DNA of 62,524 bases, counting the filler, from Spirochaetales bacterium (GTDB lineage Bacteria; Spirochaetota; Spirochaetia; Treponematales; UBA12059), in the NCBI GenBank assembly GCA_016928955.1. It is 5 parts of 5 records of this genome, joined end to end, with 100 filler letters (N's around TTAATTAATTAA, not from the genome) between each part and the next. Parts side by side here need not be neighbours in the genome. Positions count along the whole stretch, not along the records: positions 25,034 to 54,283 come from JAFGJV010000051.1; 4 more parts are not named here. One strand, written 5' to 3'. How positions within the stretch are numbered: position 1 is the first letter of the stretch; every line of letters starts with the position of its first letter. The notes under the pieces were generated by a model. The model worked only from the letters and a program-made list of their open reading frames with translations, was not told where the DNA came from and made no database searches. Of this stretch, positions 26,668 through 36,992 are shown in pieces. Made by a program: the position numbers and the translations under genes.

Positions 26668-27354
26668 TCAAGCGCGGCCGCGGAAGCTGACGCGCACCTG
26701 CTTGTATAGGCCGTCGCCCTCGCTCTTGGTCTCAATGTCCATGATGTCGTTGAGCGTGGTGTGCACGATGCGACGCTCAAAGGGATTCATGGGCTCCAGG
26801 AGAACGGACGCGCGCGTGCGCCGGACTTTCTCCGCCACCTCGTAGGCCATCTTGACGATGGCTTCCTCGCGGCGTATGCGATAGTTCTCCGAATCGATGA
26901 TGACGCGGAGGTCCTCCCTGCCCAGCTTGCCGGCGTACACGTTGGCCAGGAGCTGGATGGCGTCCAGGTTCTTGCCCTTCTTGCCTATCAGGATGGACGC
27001 GTTGGCGGAGTCCAGCCTGATGCCCAGCTTCTGCTCCTCGCGGAACAAGATGCTGGTCTTGCAGGCGTAGCCCATCTTTTCCACCACGCCGCCCACAAAA
27101 TCCAAGAGCTTGGACTCGAACTCGCCGTCGGGCTCCCGGCGTACGTTGTGGCGGGGCTCGGGCGCGTCCGCCTGGCGCGGGGCCGGACCGTGGTCCCGCG
27201 TGTGCACTTTGATAACGATGTGGCCCTTCTTGAGAAAGCCGCCCCGCTGGGCTTCGACGATCTCAACGTCGAACTCGTCCCGCGCAAGGCCCAGCTCCCG
27301 AGCCGCCGTTTCGATGGCCTCTTCCTCGGTCCGGCCTTCGAATTCCTGTACCAT
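26668..27354 (-). CDS. jag: Jag/EloR RNA-binding protein (Jag_N-KH-R3H)
   Basis: EGRTEEEAI, LIGKKGKNLDAIQ, PMNPFERRIVH, SEG. Confidence 0.95.
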   Translation of the reverse strand: MVQEFEGRTEEEAIETAARELGLARDEFDVEIVEAQRGGFLKKGHIVIKVHTRDHGPAPRQADAPEPRHNVRREPDGEFESKLLDFVGGVVEKMGYACKTSILFREEQKLGIRLDSANASILIGKKGKNLDAIQLLANVYAGKLGREDLRVIIDSENYRIRREEAIVKMAYEVAEKVRRTRASVLLEPMNPFERRIVHTTLNDIMDIETKSEGDGLYKQVRVSFRGRA

Positions 27355-27436
27355 ATATGATACTCCTGTGAGAGAAAGGGTTTCCACGCACGAGCGGCCC
27401 GGAACGTCTCAACGTCGCCCGGGCCGGCATGGCCGT

Positions 27437-29254
27437 TTACCGGCCGTTCTTCACGCCCTTACGGCGGGGATCGGGCGCCAGCTTGGGACTGGCCACCGCG
27501 ACCGGGCCGCGCTTTTTGTGCACCACCTCGTTGATGACGATCTGCTGGATGATGGTCAGTATGTTGGCCGCTATCCAGTACACCAGGAGCCCGGAGGGCA
27601 TGTCGTACAGCACGAAGAAGAAGATGATGGGCATGCCGTACATCATGAACTTCATCTGGCCCTGGCTCTGCGCGCTGGTGTTCGGCGTCTGCATGAACTT
27701 GCCGTACAGGAGCTGGGACAGAAGGTAGATGATGGGCAAGGCCCGCAGGGCTGACACCTTCCAAAGGATCAGGTTGACCGTGGGGAAGGTGACAATGGCC
27801 TCCGGCAGGGACAGGTCGTCTATCCAGCCGGGTATGAACGACGCCCCGCGCAGGTCAAAGTGGTTGTTGAACAGGGCGTACATGGCTATGAAGATCGGCA
27901 GCTGGATGAGCATGGGCAGGCAACCGGACAGGGGGTTGTAGCCCTCCCGCTTGTAGAACTCGGCCATCTCTATGTTCAGTTTCTGCGGATTGCTCTTGTA
28001 CTTGGCCTGGAGCTCCTGGATCTTGGGCTGGAGCTCCTGCATGCGGGCCGTGGACTTGGATCCCTTGAAGGTCAGCGGGAACATAAGGCCCCTCACCAAG
28101 AGGGTGAGAAGTATGATCGCCACGCCGTAATTGCCCACTAATGAATGGAAGAAATTCATCACCCACTTGAGGATGGTTTCCAGCCAGCCCAGCATATTAT
28201 TGCCTTCCATCACGTCTTCCAGGCGGTCATTGATGCGCTTGAAGCCGTTGACGGCGGGATCGTCGTATTTGGACAGGTCGCGCGAGCTTTTGGGGCCGGC
28301 GTACACATAGAAGCTGTCCGTCTGGGCGCTGGCCTGAAGGCTGGGCCGGGACAGCTGGATGGCAGAAGTCACGGGATAGCCGCCCGCGGCCACGTTGGTA
28401 TAGGTAAAGGTATACGGTACCTGGTCAGGCACGGCCATCAGGGTAAAATACTTGCCGGCCACGGCCGCCCAGGACACGCGGTTCTCAAAGCTCTGGCGGC
28501 CGTTTTTGGGGTTGATTACCTTGCGCTTGCCGTTTTCCAGGGTGACGATCTTGCGGAAGTCCGCGTTTTTGGGCAGGTGCGAGAAGCGCGGGCCTATCTG
28601 GGGCCCAATGGTCAGGGTATAGGCCGTGCCGCCAGAGCCCAGGGGCAGGGGCTCGGCTTTGGAATTCTCAAAGCCCACGGACACGCGGAACATGTAGTCG
28701 CCGTCCTTGAACTCGTAGGTCCGGCGCAGGGTGTAGGGCACGGGCTGGCCGGCGGCGTCCTGGTAGAAGTAGGTGCGGCTGAACTCGACCACGCCCGGCT
28801 GGGGGCGGCTCAGGTTCATGTAATCGGCCAAGGGTTTGGCGTCCGGCCCGCCCAAGGCCAGGCTGAAGCCGTCAACGCCGTCCTTGTCGCCCAGAAGAAG
28901 CTCCACCGGCTGGCCGTCCTCAAGATGCTTGAGAAGCTTGAGGGATACCAGCTGGCCGCCCTTGTTGCTCAGGGTGGCTTCCAGAAGGTCCGTCTTGACC
29001 ACCGTGAGCTCCTCGGCGGCCGGGGCCTGGACCTCGGGCAGGGCAAGCTCAGGCTGGACCGGGGCGGGTTCAGCAGCCGGCTCCACGGTCGCGGCGCCCG
29101 CGGGCAGGGCCGACTCGGGCGGGGGCACGTTGGCGGGCGGGAAAAGCAGATTGGTCACGGTGGTGCCGAGAGTAACGACAACCACCATGAGTACGATGGC
29201 CAGGAACGTACGTTTGTCCATGCCTTTATCGTTTTGATCGTAGAGTGTGTTCAT
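27437..29254 (-). CDS. yidC: Membrane protein insertase YidC
   Basis: [38 protein letters not shown]. Confidence 0.97.
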   Translation of the reverse strand: MNTLYDQNDKGMDKRTFLAIVLMVVVVTLGTTVTNLLFPPANVPPPESALPAGAATVEPAAEPAPVQPELALPEVQAPAAEELTVVKTDLLEATLSNKGGQLVSLKLLKHLEDGQPVELLLGDKDGVDGFSLALGGPDAKPLADYMNLSRPQPGVVEFSRTYFYQDAAGQPVPYTLRRTYEFKDGDYMFRVSVGFENSKAEPLPLGSGGTAYTLTIGPQIGPRFSHLPKNADFRKIVTLENGKRKVINPKNGRQSFENRVSWAAVAGKYFTLMAVPDQVPYTFTYTNVAAGGYPVTSAIQLSRPSLQASAQTDSFYVYAGPKSSRDLSKYDDPAVNGFKRINDRLEDVMEGNNMLGWLETILKWVMNFFHSLVGNYGVAIILLTLLVRGLMFPLTFKGSKSTARMQELQPKIQELQAKYKSNPQKLNIEMAEFYKREGYNPLSGCLPMLIQLPIFIAMYALFNNHFDLRGASFIPGWIDDLSLPEAIVTFPTVNLILWKVSALRALPIIYLLSQLLYGKFMQTPNTSAQSQGQMKFMMYGMPIIFFFVLYDMPSGLLVYWIAANILTIIQQIVINEVVHKKRGPVAVASPKLAPDPRRKGVKNGR

Positions 29255-29472
29255 GGTACTGGGTCATAGCCTCCCGGATTGTATGGATGACAGCGAAGGA
29301 TTCTCTTAACGGCCAAAGCCCCGCCCTTGGCCGCGCCGTATTTCTGGATAGCTTCCAGGGCGTAGGCCGAGCACGTGGGGTAGAAACGGCACGAGGGCGG
29401 TTTGAGGGGGGAAATAAAGCGACGATAGAAAACGATCAGGCCTTTGAGGGCCAGTGCGGGCACGCTTTTCAT
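29251..29472 (-). CDS. yidD: Membrane protein insertion efficiency factor YidD
   Basis: [26 protein letters not shown]. Confidence 0.96.
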   Translation of the reverse strand: MKSVPALALKGLIVFYRRFISPLKPPSCRFYPTCSAYALEAIQKYGAAKGGALAVKRILRCHPYNPGGYDPVP

Positions 29473-29825
29473 AGGCTGGGGACTCCCAGCCCCGCGCGCC
29501 GCAGGAGTTCCAGAACCTGGGGATTCCTGTCCGCAAAGGTGTCAGCGCCCGGATAGATGACAAAGACCGCGTCATAGCCACGGTTGAGGCCGCCCTTGGC
29601 AAGGCGCCAGCATTCGGACACGACGCGACGGGCCCGGTTTCTCCGGACCGCGTTGCCGTATTTGCGGACGGTAACAAAAACGGCGCGGTTGTCCGCGCCG
29701 CCTGTGGGCCGGAGATGCAGGCGCATGCCCTTGACCGACCACCGGGCGCCCAGGTCAAAGACCGCGCCGATCTCCCGCCTGGACTGGATGCGTTCCCGCC
29801 TCGGAAACCGGTTCGGGGACGCCAT
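29469..29825 (-). CDS. rnpA: Ribonuclease P protein component
   Basis: [14 protein letters not shown] (RNR motif); position between rpmH and yidD. Confidence 0.92.
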   Translation of the reverse strand: MASPNRFPRRERIQSRREIGAVFDLGARWSVKGMRLHLRPTGGADNRAVFVTVRKYGNAVRRNRARRVVSECWRLAKGGLNRGYDAVFVIYPGADTFADRNPQVLELLRRAGLGVPSL

Positions 29826-29848
29826 CCCTTCCTGGGACGACACGGAAC

Positions 29849-30004
29849 TCAGTACTTCTTCTGTTCGTCGGAAATGCTGAGCTTGGTGCGACCCTTGGCG
29901 CGGCGCCTCTTGAGCACGAGCCTGCCGGCGCGGGTCTTCATGCGGGCGCGGAAGCCGAACTTGCGGACGCGGCGGGTCCTGGAGGGCTGGTAAGTGCGTT
30001 TCAT
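29849..30004 (-). CDS. rpmH: 50S ribosomal protein L34
   Basis: [21 protein letters not shown], with C-terminal extension SISDEQKKY. Confidence 0.97.
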   Translation of the reverse strand: MKRTYQPSRTRRVRKFGFRARMKTRAGRLVLKRRRAKGRTKLSISDEQKKY

Positions 30005-30394
30005 GGTACAGTCTCCTCGGTATATGGCCACGGGCGCTTGGAAGCCCCGCGAACATTCATGGTTGACAAGCCGCCGCCGGTGCCGGCGGGAGCGGCGCGG
30101 TCCCGCCCGCCGGAAAGCCCGGCGGCCGAAAAGACCGCAGGCGAGTATAGAATTTTTCATGCCATTTGGTCAACGACCATGGACAGCGGCTCCACACCGG
30201 ATGTCAGCGTGGCGGAGGCTTTTCGTTGACATTATGGATGTTTTTTGTAGTATGATAGCTGACAGAAAGTGAACGTACCCTGAGGGCTGGGAAAAACAGC
30301 GCCCGCTCATAGGGTGCGCCGAATTCGTATAAAAAAAGATACAGCAACAGAGGTCTGGCAGCATGCTCGGGCCTACGGATGAGGAGTTCGTCCC

Positions 30395-31027
30395 ATGGCT
30401 AAAAGCGCCAAGCGCGTCCGTATATTCTCAGCCCTTGAGGTGGCCAACCTGTGCGGGGTGGTCAACCAGACAGCCATCAACTGGATACGCAACGGGCACC
30501 TCAAGGCTTTTACCACCCCCGGCGGCCAGTACCGTGTGTACGCTGAGGACCTGAGCGAGTTTCTTGAAGGCAGGGGCATGCGCATCCCCGACGAGGTTAG
30601 GGCCGAGGCAACCCTTGAGGACGCCTCCCTGGACTGGGACACCATCCTGGTGGTGGACGACGACAAAGCCCTGGTGGACGTTATCGTCCGCACCTTCCAG
30701 AAGGACGCGCCGTCGTTCAACATCCTGACGGCCTATGACGGCTTTGAGGCCGGTAGCGCCATCGTAGAGAAGAAACCCGGTTTCATCATCCTGGACATAG
30801 GACTTCCTGGCGTGGACGGAGTCAAAATCTGCCGCCAGGTCAAGACCGAGCCGACCTACGGCAAACCGTTTGTTATCGTCATTACGGGCCTGGACGAGGA
30901 AGGCTTGTCCGCGCGGATCATGACCGCCGGCGCGGACGCCCTGCTTCCAAAACCCCTGGATCTGGACGGCCTTCTGGCCATCATCCAGGACCTGGCCGGG
31001 AAGGTGCGTGACACGTATGGCAGTTAA
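30395..31027 (+). CDS. Response regulator with N-terminal excisionase/MerR-like HTH (HTH_17)
   Basis: FSALEVANLCGV..INWIRNGHLKAFTTPGGQYRV plus LVVDDD..LDIGLPGVDG..KP. Confidence 0.9.
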   Translation: MAKSAKRVRIFSALEVANLCGVVNQTAINWIRNGHLKAFTTPGGQYRVYAEDLSEFLEGRGMRIPDEVRAEATLEDASLDWDTILVVDDDKALVDVIVRTFQKDAPSFNILTAYDGFEAGSAIVEKKPGFIILDIGLPGVDGVKICRQVKTEPTYGKPFVIVITGLDEEGLSARIMTAGADALLPKPLDLDGLLAIIQDLAGKVRDTYGS

Positions 31028-31397
31028 AGCGGCCAAGGCCATCCTGATCGTGGAGGACGAGGACGCCATTCGGCTCACGCTCCGTGACTACCTCAAGAAA
31101 CGCGGCTACGAAGTGCTGGTGGCCTCCGACGGCGTTGGCGCCATCAAACAGCTTCTGGACAACGACGTGAGCGTGGTCATTACCGACTACCGCATGGACG
31201 TGCTCGGCGGCGACTACTGGATAAAATTCCTCCGCAAATACTGCTCGGACCTGACCGTGTTGATCACCAGCGGCTTTCTGAAGCCGGACTTTCCCATACC
31301 CTACGAGGTCGTTTACAAGCCGTTCGACTATTCCGAGCTGGAAGCCAAGCTGAGGTCCCTCCCAGAGGCACCCGATGCCGGAAAAAAAGAGTCCTGA
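31017..31397 (+). CDS. Stand-alone response regulator receiver
   Basis: ILIVEDE, ITDYRM, KPF. Confidence 0.88.
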   Translation: MAVKAAKAILIVEDEDAIRLTLRDYLKKRGYEVLVASDGVGAIKQLLDNDVSVVITDYRMDVLGGDYWIKFLRKYCSDLTVLITSGFLKPDFPIPYEVVYKPFDYSELEAKLRSLPEAPDAGKKES

Positions 31398-31674
31398 GCC
31401 TCAGCGGGCCTTTCTGGCCCTGGTCAGGGGCCGGGTCCAGGGCGTGGCCTTCCGCTACGAGGCCCGCTCGCTGGCCCGCTCCCTGGGCTTAAAAGGCTGG
31501 ATACGCAACCTGGACGACGGCGGCGTGGAAACCTGGGCCGAGGGCCCGGAGTCGGCCGTAAACCGCTACCGCGCCTGGCTGGACAAGGGCCCTCCCGGCG
31601 CCCGCGTTGACAGCGTCGACCTGTCCGAACGCCCGCCCTGCGGCGTCTACCCGAGCTTTACCGTGGAGTACTGA
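31375..31674 (+). CDS. acyP: Acylphosphatase
   Basis: VRGRVQGVAFR, GWIRNLDDGGVE, GPPGARV. Confidence 0.94.
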   Translation: MPEKKSPEPQRAFLALVRGRVQGVAFRYEARSLARSLGLKGWIRNLDDGGVETWAEGPESAVNRYRAWLDKGPPGARVDSVDLSERPPCGVYPSFTVEY

Positions 31675-32525
31675 TGCGACACGCCAGACACCCTGCCGCG
31701 GCGCTCTGGGCGGCCCTTGCCTGGGCTGCCTGTGCCGCGGCCTGTTCCAGCCAGCCTGAGCCCCGGAACGACGCGCTGGATTTGGGTCTTGAAACGGCAC
31801 GCCTCAGCCTGACAGACCAGAACCACTCGGAGCTGGAGCTGGGACTCACCCTGGTAAATCTCTTGGACCAAGCGGTCACCGTGGAACAATGGACCCTGAC
31901 GGTCGAGCTGAACGGCGTCAGGCAGGCAGAACTCGTGCTGGCGCCCGAGCCCCTGCGCCTGGACACAGGCCAGACGGTCCGCTTGTCCAGAGTCGTCGCC
32001 ATGGACAGCCTGGGCCTGCCCCAGTCCGAGGGACCCACGGCCGCCTGGACCGCCATGCTATCGGCCCGCGGCGTAGCCGGCCGTACTCAGGTTGAGGCAA
32101 GCGTAACGGCCAGCGGGGCCCTGCCCTTGGTCCGGGAACCCGTTTTGTCCGTCCGCTCCGTGCATATCGTCAAATGGGAGCTGGTTAATTGCCTCCTTGA
32201 GCTGGACGTGGAGCTGTACAACCCCAACGCCTTTGAGGTTGCCTTTAGCCAGGCGTCATACGCCTTCCATGGAGAAGGCTACCGCTGGGCAACCGGTCGC
32301 CTGAACGCTCCCGTGCATGTGGAGCCCCTGTCCACGGCGGCCTTCTGTCTGCCCATCACCCTGAACTTTGCCGACACCGGCCGCCACCTTCTGGATCTGG
32401 TGGCCAAACTGCAGAACGTGCGCTACAAGCTCACAGGGCAAGCCCTCATTCTCATACCCCTGGAGGAGCTGCCGTCATTCTCTATAGCTTTCAGCAAGGA
32501 AGGCTCCACTACCGTTGAACGCTGA
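31674..32525 (+). CDS. LEA type 2 family lipoprotein
   Basis: Lipobox AAAC; VELYNPNAFEV. Confidence 0.75.
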   Translation: MRHARHPAAALWAALAWAACAAACSSQPEPRNDALDLGLETARLSLTDQNHSELELGLTLVNLLDQAVTVEQWTLTVELNGVRQAELVLAPEPLRLDTGQTVRLSRVVAMDSLGLPQSEGPTAAWTAMLSARGVAGRTQVEASVTASGALPLVREPVLSVRSVHIVKWELVNCLLELDVELYNPNAFEVAFSQASYAFHGEGYRWATGRLNAPVHVEPLSTAAFCLPITLNFADTGRHLLDLVAKLQNVRYKLTGQALILIPLEELPSFSIAFSKEGSTTVER

Positions 32526-32537
32526 CAAGGACACGCC

Positions 32538-33527
32538 ATGAAGGTTGCACTGACCGGAGCCGACGGGCTCCTGGGGAGCTCCATAACCCGGCTTCTGCTT
32601 GAAGCCGGCCACCAGGTACGCGTGTTCCTGCAGACAGGCAGGAAATCGCCCACGCTGGACGGATTGTCCGTCGAGCGGCTGTACGGCGATATCCTGGACG
32701 CAGACGGGCTGGCCCGCGCCTTTGACGGCTGCCAGTCCGTAATCCACGCGGCGGCGTCCACGGCTATATGGCCGGCCCGCTCGGCCCTGACCAGAAGGAT
32801 CAACGTGGACGGGGCGGCCAACGCCGTGACAGCGGCCGAGCGCGCCCAGGTGGACCGCTTTGTGTACATTGGCACGGCCAATTCCTTTGCCCCGGGGTCC
32901 ATGGACGCTCCCGGCAATGAAACCGGCCCCTACACGGCGGCCCGGTACGGCCTGGACTACATGGACAGCAAATACCAGGCCCAAACCCTGGTCCTTGACG
33001 CCGTCAAAACGCGGGGACTGCCCGCCCTGACCATCAATCCCACCTTCATGCTCGGGCCTTACGACTCAACGCCCAGCTCGGGCGCCATGCTCATCCGGCT
33101 GTATCAGGGCGCCGTGCCCGGCTACACTGACGGCGGCAAATGCTGGTCCCATGTCCGGGACGTGGCCACGGCCGCCGTCAACGCCTGCTCAATGGGCCGG
33201 GTGGGCCACAGCTACATAGCGGGCAACGTCAACATGTCCTACAGGGATTTTTTCAGGATGGCGGCCTATGTGATGGGCGTGCGCGCTCCCGGGCGGCATG
33301 TGCCCAAGGCCGTGGCCGTGGCCGCCGGCTGGGCCCAGTCTGCCCTGGCGCGCGTCACGGGCAAGCCTCCGGTCTTGAGCCTTGAAGCGGCCGTGATCGG
33401 CTGCGAGGATTTCTACTACGACCCGTCCAAAGCCCGAGCCGAACTGGCCATGCCGGCCACTCCCCTGGAGAACGCCGTGAGCGAAAGCTTCTCCTGGCTT
33501 AGGGACAACGGCTACCTGGAGAGATGA
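32538..33527 (+). CDS. NAD-dependent epimerase/dehydratase (dihydroflavonol-reductase/HpnA-like)
   Basis: TGADGLLG, VIHAAA, YMDSK, NPTFMLGPYD. Confidence 0.9.
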   Translation: MKVALTGADGLLGSSITRLLLEAGHQVRVFLQTGRKSPTLDGLSVERLYGDILDADGLARAFDGCQSVIHAAASTAIWPARSALTRRINVDGAANAVTAAERAQVDRFVYIGTANSFAPGSMDAPGNETGPYTAARYGLDYMDSKYQAQTLVLDAVKTRGLPALTINPTFMLGPYDSTPSSGAMLIRLYQGAVPGYTDGGKCWSHVRDVATAAVNACSMGRVGHSYIAGNVNMSYRDFFRMAAYVMGVRAPGRHVPKAVAVAAGWAQSALARVTGKPPVLSLEAAVIGCEDFYYDPSKARAELAMPATPLENAVSESFSWLRDNGYLER

Positions 33528-34294
33528 ACATGCCGCAACAAGGATCAGAACATATCGATATCTTCATTATACTGCTGTCGACCATTGTGGCTTTTCTGGC
33601 CTACTGGCTGGTCATAGAAAACCCGGCGGTGCAGACGGGGTTTCGTAAAAGGCATGGCGAGCGTGGCGGACCCGTGCGCTATTTTGTCTTCAACAAACTG
33701 TGGGGCGTCGTTTGCTTTGGAATGGCCGCGGCGGCGGCCGTGCTCACGGCGTCGCCCCGGGCTCGGACGCTTGGCTTTGGCCTGGGGCTGCCTGCGGCAG
33801 GGACCCCGCTCTTCCGGACCTTCCTGTGGTCGGCGGGGCTTTCAGCCATCTTCATACTGATGAACTGGTTGAGGGCACGGAAGCTCGGCGCTCGCGGCGG
33901 TGACTTTGGCCGTTACCCCGAGATCCGCGTGGCCGGCTGGTCGGCGCGTACCGTGGCTTTGGACCTGGCCCTGTGGTCGCTCTACCTGGTAGCATACGAG
34001 CTGGTGTTCCGGGGAACCCTCCTTCTGCCCCTGGCTGCCAGCCTTGGTTCCTGGCCGGCCATAGGCGTCAACGTGGCCCTATATTCCGCCGTCCATGTGC
34101 CCAAGGGCCCGGGCGAGGCGATCGGCGCCCTGGTCTTGGGCTTTGTCCTGTGCATCATCACACTGGACACGGGAAGCGCTCTTACGGCCGTCATCGTGCA
34201 CATAGCCCTGGCGGTGTCCAACGACCTGTTTGCCGCCGTCTACCATCCCCGGCTGGGATTTCCCAAGAACACGACCAAGGAGGCCGGACTATGA
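33524..34294 (+). CDS. CPBP (CAAX/Abi) intramembrane protease family protein
   Basis: YELVFRG, YSAVH, VHIALAVSN; multiple TM segments. Confidence 0.82.
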   Translation: MNMPQQGSEHIDIFIILLSTIVAFLAYWLVIENPAVQTGFRKRHGERGGPVRYFVFNKLWGVVCFGMAAAAAVLTASPRARTLGFGLGLPAAGTPLFRTFLWSAGLSAIFILMNWLRARKLGARGGDFGRYPEIRVAGWSARTVALDLALWSLYLVAYELVFRGTLLLPLAASLGSWPAIGVNVALYSAVHVPKGPGEAIGALVLGFVLCIITLDTGSALTAVIVHIALAVSNDLFAAVYHPRLGFPKNTTKEAGL

Positions 34295-35112
34295 ACCACG
34301 GCAGGCTGCATGGCACGGTGGCCCTGGTCACCGGGGGCGGCAAGGGAATAGGCAGGGAGACGGCCCGCCAGCTCGGGCAATTGGGCGCCCGCCTCTTCAT
34401 CTGCGGACGCGACCAAAAAGCCCTGGCCGCCACCACCGACGCGTTCAGGGCGGAAGGCCTTACGGCCGACTATGTCGCGTGCGACGTCCGGAACGCGGCC
34501 GACTGCGCGCGCCTGGTAGACACCGTGCGGGAACGGGCGGGCAGGCTGGACATCCTGGTGAACAACGCCGGCATGTCCATGCGCGGCTCGCTTGAGGACA
34601 CGGCCCCGGAAGTGATGGCCGCCATGGCCGAAATCAACTTTCTGGGCGCGGCCTATGTCACGGCGCGAGCTTTGCCGTTGCTAAAGACCGCCAAGGGAAG
34701 CGTGGTGTTCATATCCAGCCTGACCGCCCTGCGCGGCCTTCCCCAGGTGGGTCCCTACGGAGCCAGCAAGAAGGCCCTGATAGGCCTGGCCGAGTCCCTA
34801 CGCGCAGAAGTGGGCGGCCAGGGCGTTCATGTGGGCGTGGTCCACGTGGGCTTTACGGAAAACGACCCGGACAAGGTGGTATACGGACAGGACGGCTCGC
34901 TGGTGCCCCTGGACTCAAGAAGAAACGCCCACACCCAGGCCCAGGCCGCGTCACATATCGTAAAGAACGTGCTGAGCCGAAAGCGCGAGTCCACGCTCAC
35001 GGGCTTGGGCAAACTTGCCGCGTTCTTCTACCGGTATTTCCCCGGATTGGCCGACTGGTTGATCGTGCGCTTTGTATCCGGTAGCCGGCAGTTCGCGGCC
35101 AAGCCCAGGTAG
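34291..35112 (+). CDS. Short-chain dehydrogenase/reductase
   Basis: TGGGKGIG, NNAG, ISS, YGASK. Confidence 0.93.
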   Translation: MNHGRLHGTVALVTGGGKGIGRETARQLGQLGARLFICGRDQKALAATTDAFRAEGLTADYVACDVRNAADCARLVDTVRERAGRLDILVNNAGMSMRGSLEDTAPEVMAAMAEINFLGAAYVTARALPLLKTAKGSVVFISSLTALRGLPQVGPYGASKKALIGLAESLRAEVGGQGVHVGVVHVGFTENDPDKVVYGQDGSLVPLDSRRNAHTQAQAASHIVKNVLSRKRESTLTGLGKLAAFFYRYFPGLADWLIVRFVSGSRQFAAKPR

Positions 35113-35118
35113 TATCCG

Positions 35119-36465
35119 TCACGCCACGCTGCGTATCCATTTGCGCGACAAGAGTCGCCACAACCCAAATCCAGACTTGACCACCTCCTCGGTCATGGTG
35201 AGGAGGAAGATGCCCCAGGCTGGCAAGCCGAACACAAAAGCGCCGAGAGCGGCCAGAGGCACGCCTATGCCCCAGATGCCGCCCAGGTCGTACCAGAAAC
35301 CGAATTTCGTGTCGCCTCCGGCCCGGCAGATTCCGACGATCACGTGCAGGTTGAATACCTTGAAGGGCAGGGCCAGGCCCAGCACCACCAACATGGACGA
35401 CACCTGGGCCAGCGTTGCCGCGTCCAGCTTGAACAGCAAGGGCAGGACAAAGCGCAGGGGTATGAGCGACAAGCCCACAACCAGGCCGACCATCGGCGCC
35501 ATGAAGGCAAAACGCCTGGCCCACAGCTCGGCCGTGTCCTTTTTTTTCTCGCCTATCTTCTTGCCTATCATCACCGCGGCCGCGTTTGCCGTGCCCAGGA
35601 ACAGCACCATGGCCAGCTGGCTGACCGTGTTGGAAACGTTGTATGCGGCTATATGCGGCGTACCCGCCCGCGCAAAGATGGCGTTGTACGTGGTGATGCC
35701 TAGGCTCCAGGTTACCTCGTTGGCTATCACCGGCAGGGTTATGGTCATGAAGCGGGACACCCAGAGCCTGTCCCAGGACACCAGTTCGCTGAGCTTCCCG
35801 GCGGTGGGATAGTCGCGCGCGTACGAGCCAACGAGCAGGATGCCGAGCTCGACCACTCGTGATATGACCGTGGCCCAGGCGGCGCCGACCACGCCCATGG
35901 CAGGCAAACCGAACATGCCGAATATCAGCACCCAGTTGAGGAAAGCGTTCAAGCCCAGCGAAATGATGGTGGCAACCATGGGAAGGCGCACGCGCTCCAC
36001 GCTCCGCATGGACAGGCCCAGGGAAAAACTGGCGGCCGTGGGAAGGTAACCCAGGGCGGCCACCCTGAGGTAATCGGCGCCAAGCCGGATGACATCTGGG
36101 TCGCGTGAATACAGGCCGATAACGCCCGCGGGAAAGGCAAGGCCCGCCACAGAGAACAGGGCGGCGCAACCCACGGCCAGACTCAAGGACAGCCCGACCG
36201 TACGCCGTATGCCGGGCACATCTTTGGCACCCCAGTATTGCGCCGTGAACACGCCGGAGCCCGAGGTGATGCCGAACACAAACAGCACCAAGAGGAAAAA
36301 CACCTGGTTCCCAAGGCCAACCGCCGCCAGGGGCGCCTCGCCCAGGCGGCCCACCATGACCGTGTCCAGCATGTTTACCGCTGACGACACCAGGTTCTGC
36401 AGGGCTATGGGGACGGCAATGCGGACCAGGTCCGAGATGAAGCTTCTGTCCTCAAGGGATTTCAT
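35119..36465 (-). CDS. MATE family efflux transporter
   Basis: IAVPIALQN..DTVMVG, AQYWGA, GVVGAAWAT; about 12 TM segments. Confidence 0.94.
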   Translation of the reverse strand: MKSLEDRSFISDLVRIAVPIALQNLVSSAVNMLDTVMVGRLGEAPLAAVGLGNQVFFLLVLFVFGITSGSGVFTAQYWGAKDVPGIRRTVGLSLSLAVGCAALFSVAGLAFPAGVIGLYSRDPDVIRLGADYLRVAALGYLPTAASFSLGLSMRSVERVRLPMVATIISLGLNAFLNWVLIFGMFGLPAMGVVGAAWATVISRVVELGILLVGSYARDYPTAGKLSELVSWDRLWVSRFMTITLPVIANEVTWSLGITTYNAIFARAGTPHIAAYNVSNTVSQLAMVLFLGTANAAAVMIGKKIGEKKKDTAELWARRFAFMAPMVGLVVGLSLIPLRFVLPLLFKLDAATLAQVSSMLVVLGLALPFKVFNLHVIVGICRAGGDTKFGFWYDLGGIWGIGVPLAALGAFVFGLPAWGIFLLTMTEEVVKSGFGLWRLLSRKWIRSVA

Positions 36466-36609
36466 GTGCTTTTAAGGCTACAGGCAAGGCCGAGCAAGGT
36501 CAAGGCTCCTGTGCTCCACGCCGCATTCGCTCGGCGCTCGCTCCGGTGTCGCGCTTCGCGCGATGGCTCGTGGAAACGATCATGTGGCCCGCTCTCGCGG
36601 GCTGCGCTA

Positions 36610-36626
36610 CGACTCCCGGCGGTCGC
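36610..36626 (+). repeat. Inverted copy of the tRNA-Gly 3' end
   Basis: CGACTCCCGGCGGTCGC versus tRNA CGACTCCCGTCGGTCGC (16/17). Confidence 0.75.
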
Positions 36627-36631
36627 CTATA

Positions 36632-36669
36632 GAAACACAAAACCCGCCTTGTGGCGGGCTTTGTGTTTC
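36632..36669 (-). terminator. Terminator-like hairpin downstream of tRNA-Gly
   Basis: GAAACACAAAACCCGCC-TTGT-GGCGGGCTTTGTGTTTC. Confidence 0.7.
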
Positions 36670-36670
36670 A

Positions 36671-36741
36671 AGCGACCGACGGGAGTCGAACCCGCGTCAC
36701 GAGCTTGGGAAGCTCGGATAATACCGTTATATGACGGTCGC
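36671..36741 (-). tRNA. tRNA-Gly(CCC), CCA not encoded
   Basis: GCGACCG acceptor, CGAGC-TTCCCAA-GCTCG anticodon arm, GGTTCGACTCC T-arm. Confidence 0.95.
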
Positions 36742-36992
36742 AAGATAAAAAAAACGTCGCGTTACGCGACATTGTCGACGGCTCTCCGTCGCGGAAGCCC
36801 GTCAGGCGGAACGGGCTTGCACCTCGTTCACGTCGACGGACTGAAAATAGGACGGCAACCCTCGGTTGCCGGGAAAATGGCGGGTCACTGTCGCCCGCTG
36901 GACAAGAATATACGGCGCTAGCGGAAAATTGTCAACCTGAGGTAGGCGCGATACACTCTTCCGTATAAAGTCGTTCGGACAATGGAGGATTC

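Noticed and set aside
30005..30394. Possible oriC next to rpmH
   Set aside because: No dnaA and no cluster of TTATCCACA boxes seen; it looks like a divergent promoter region.
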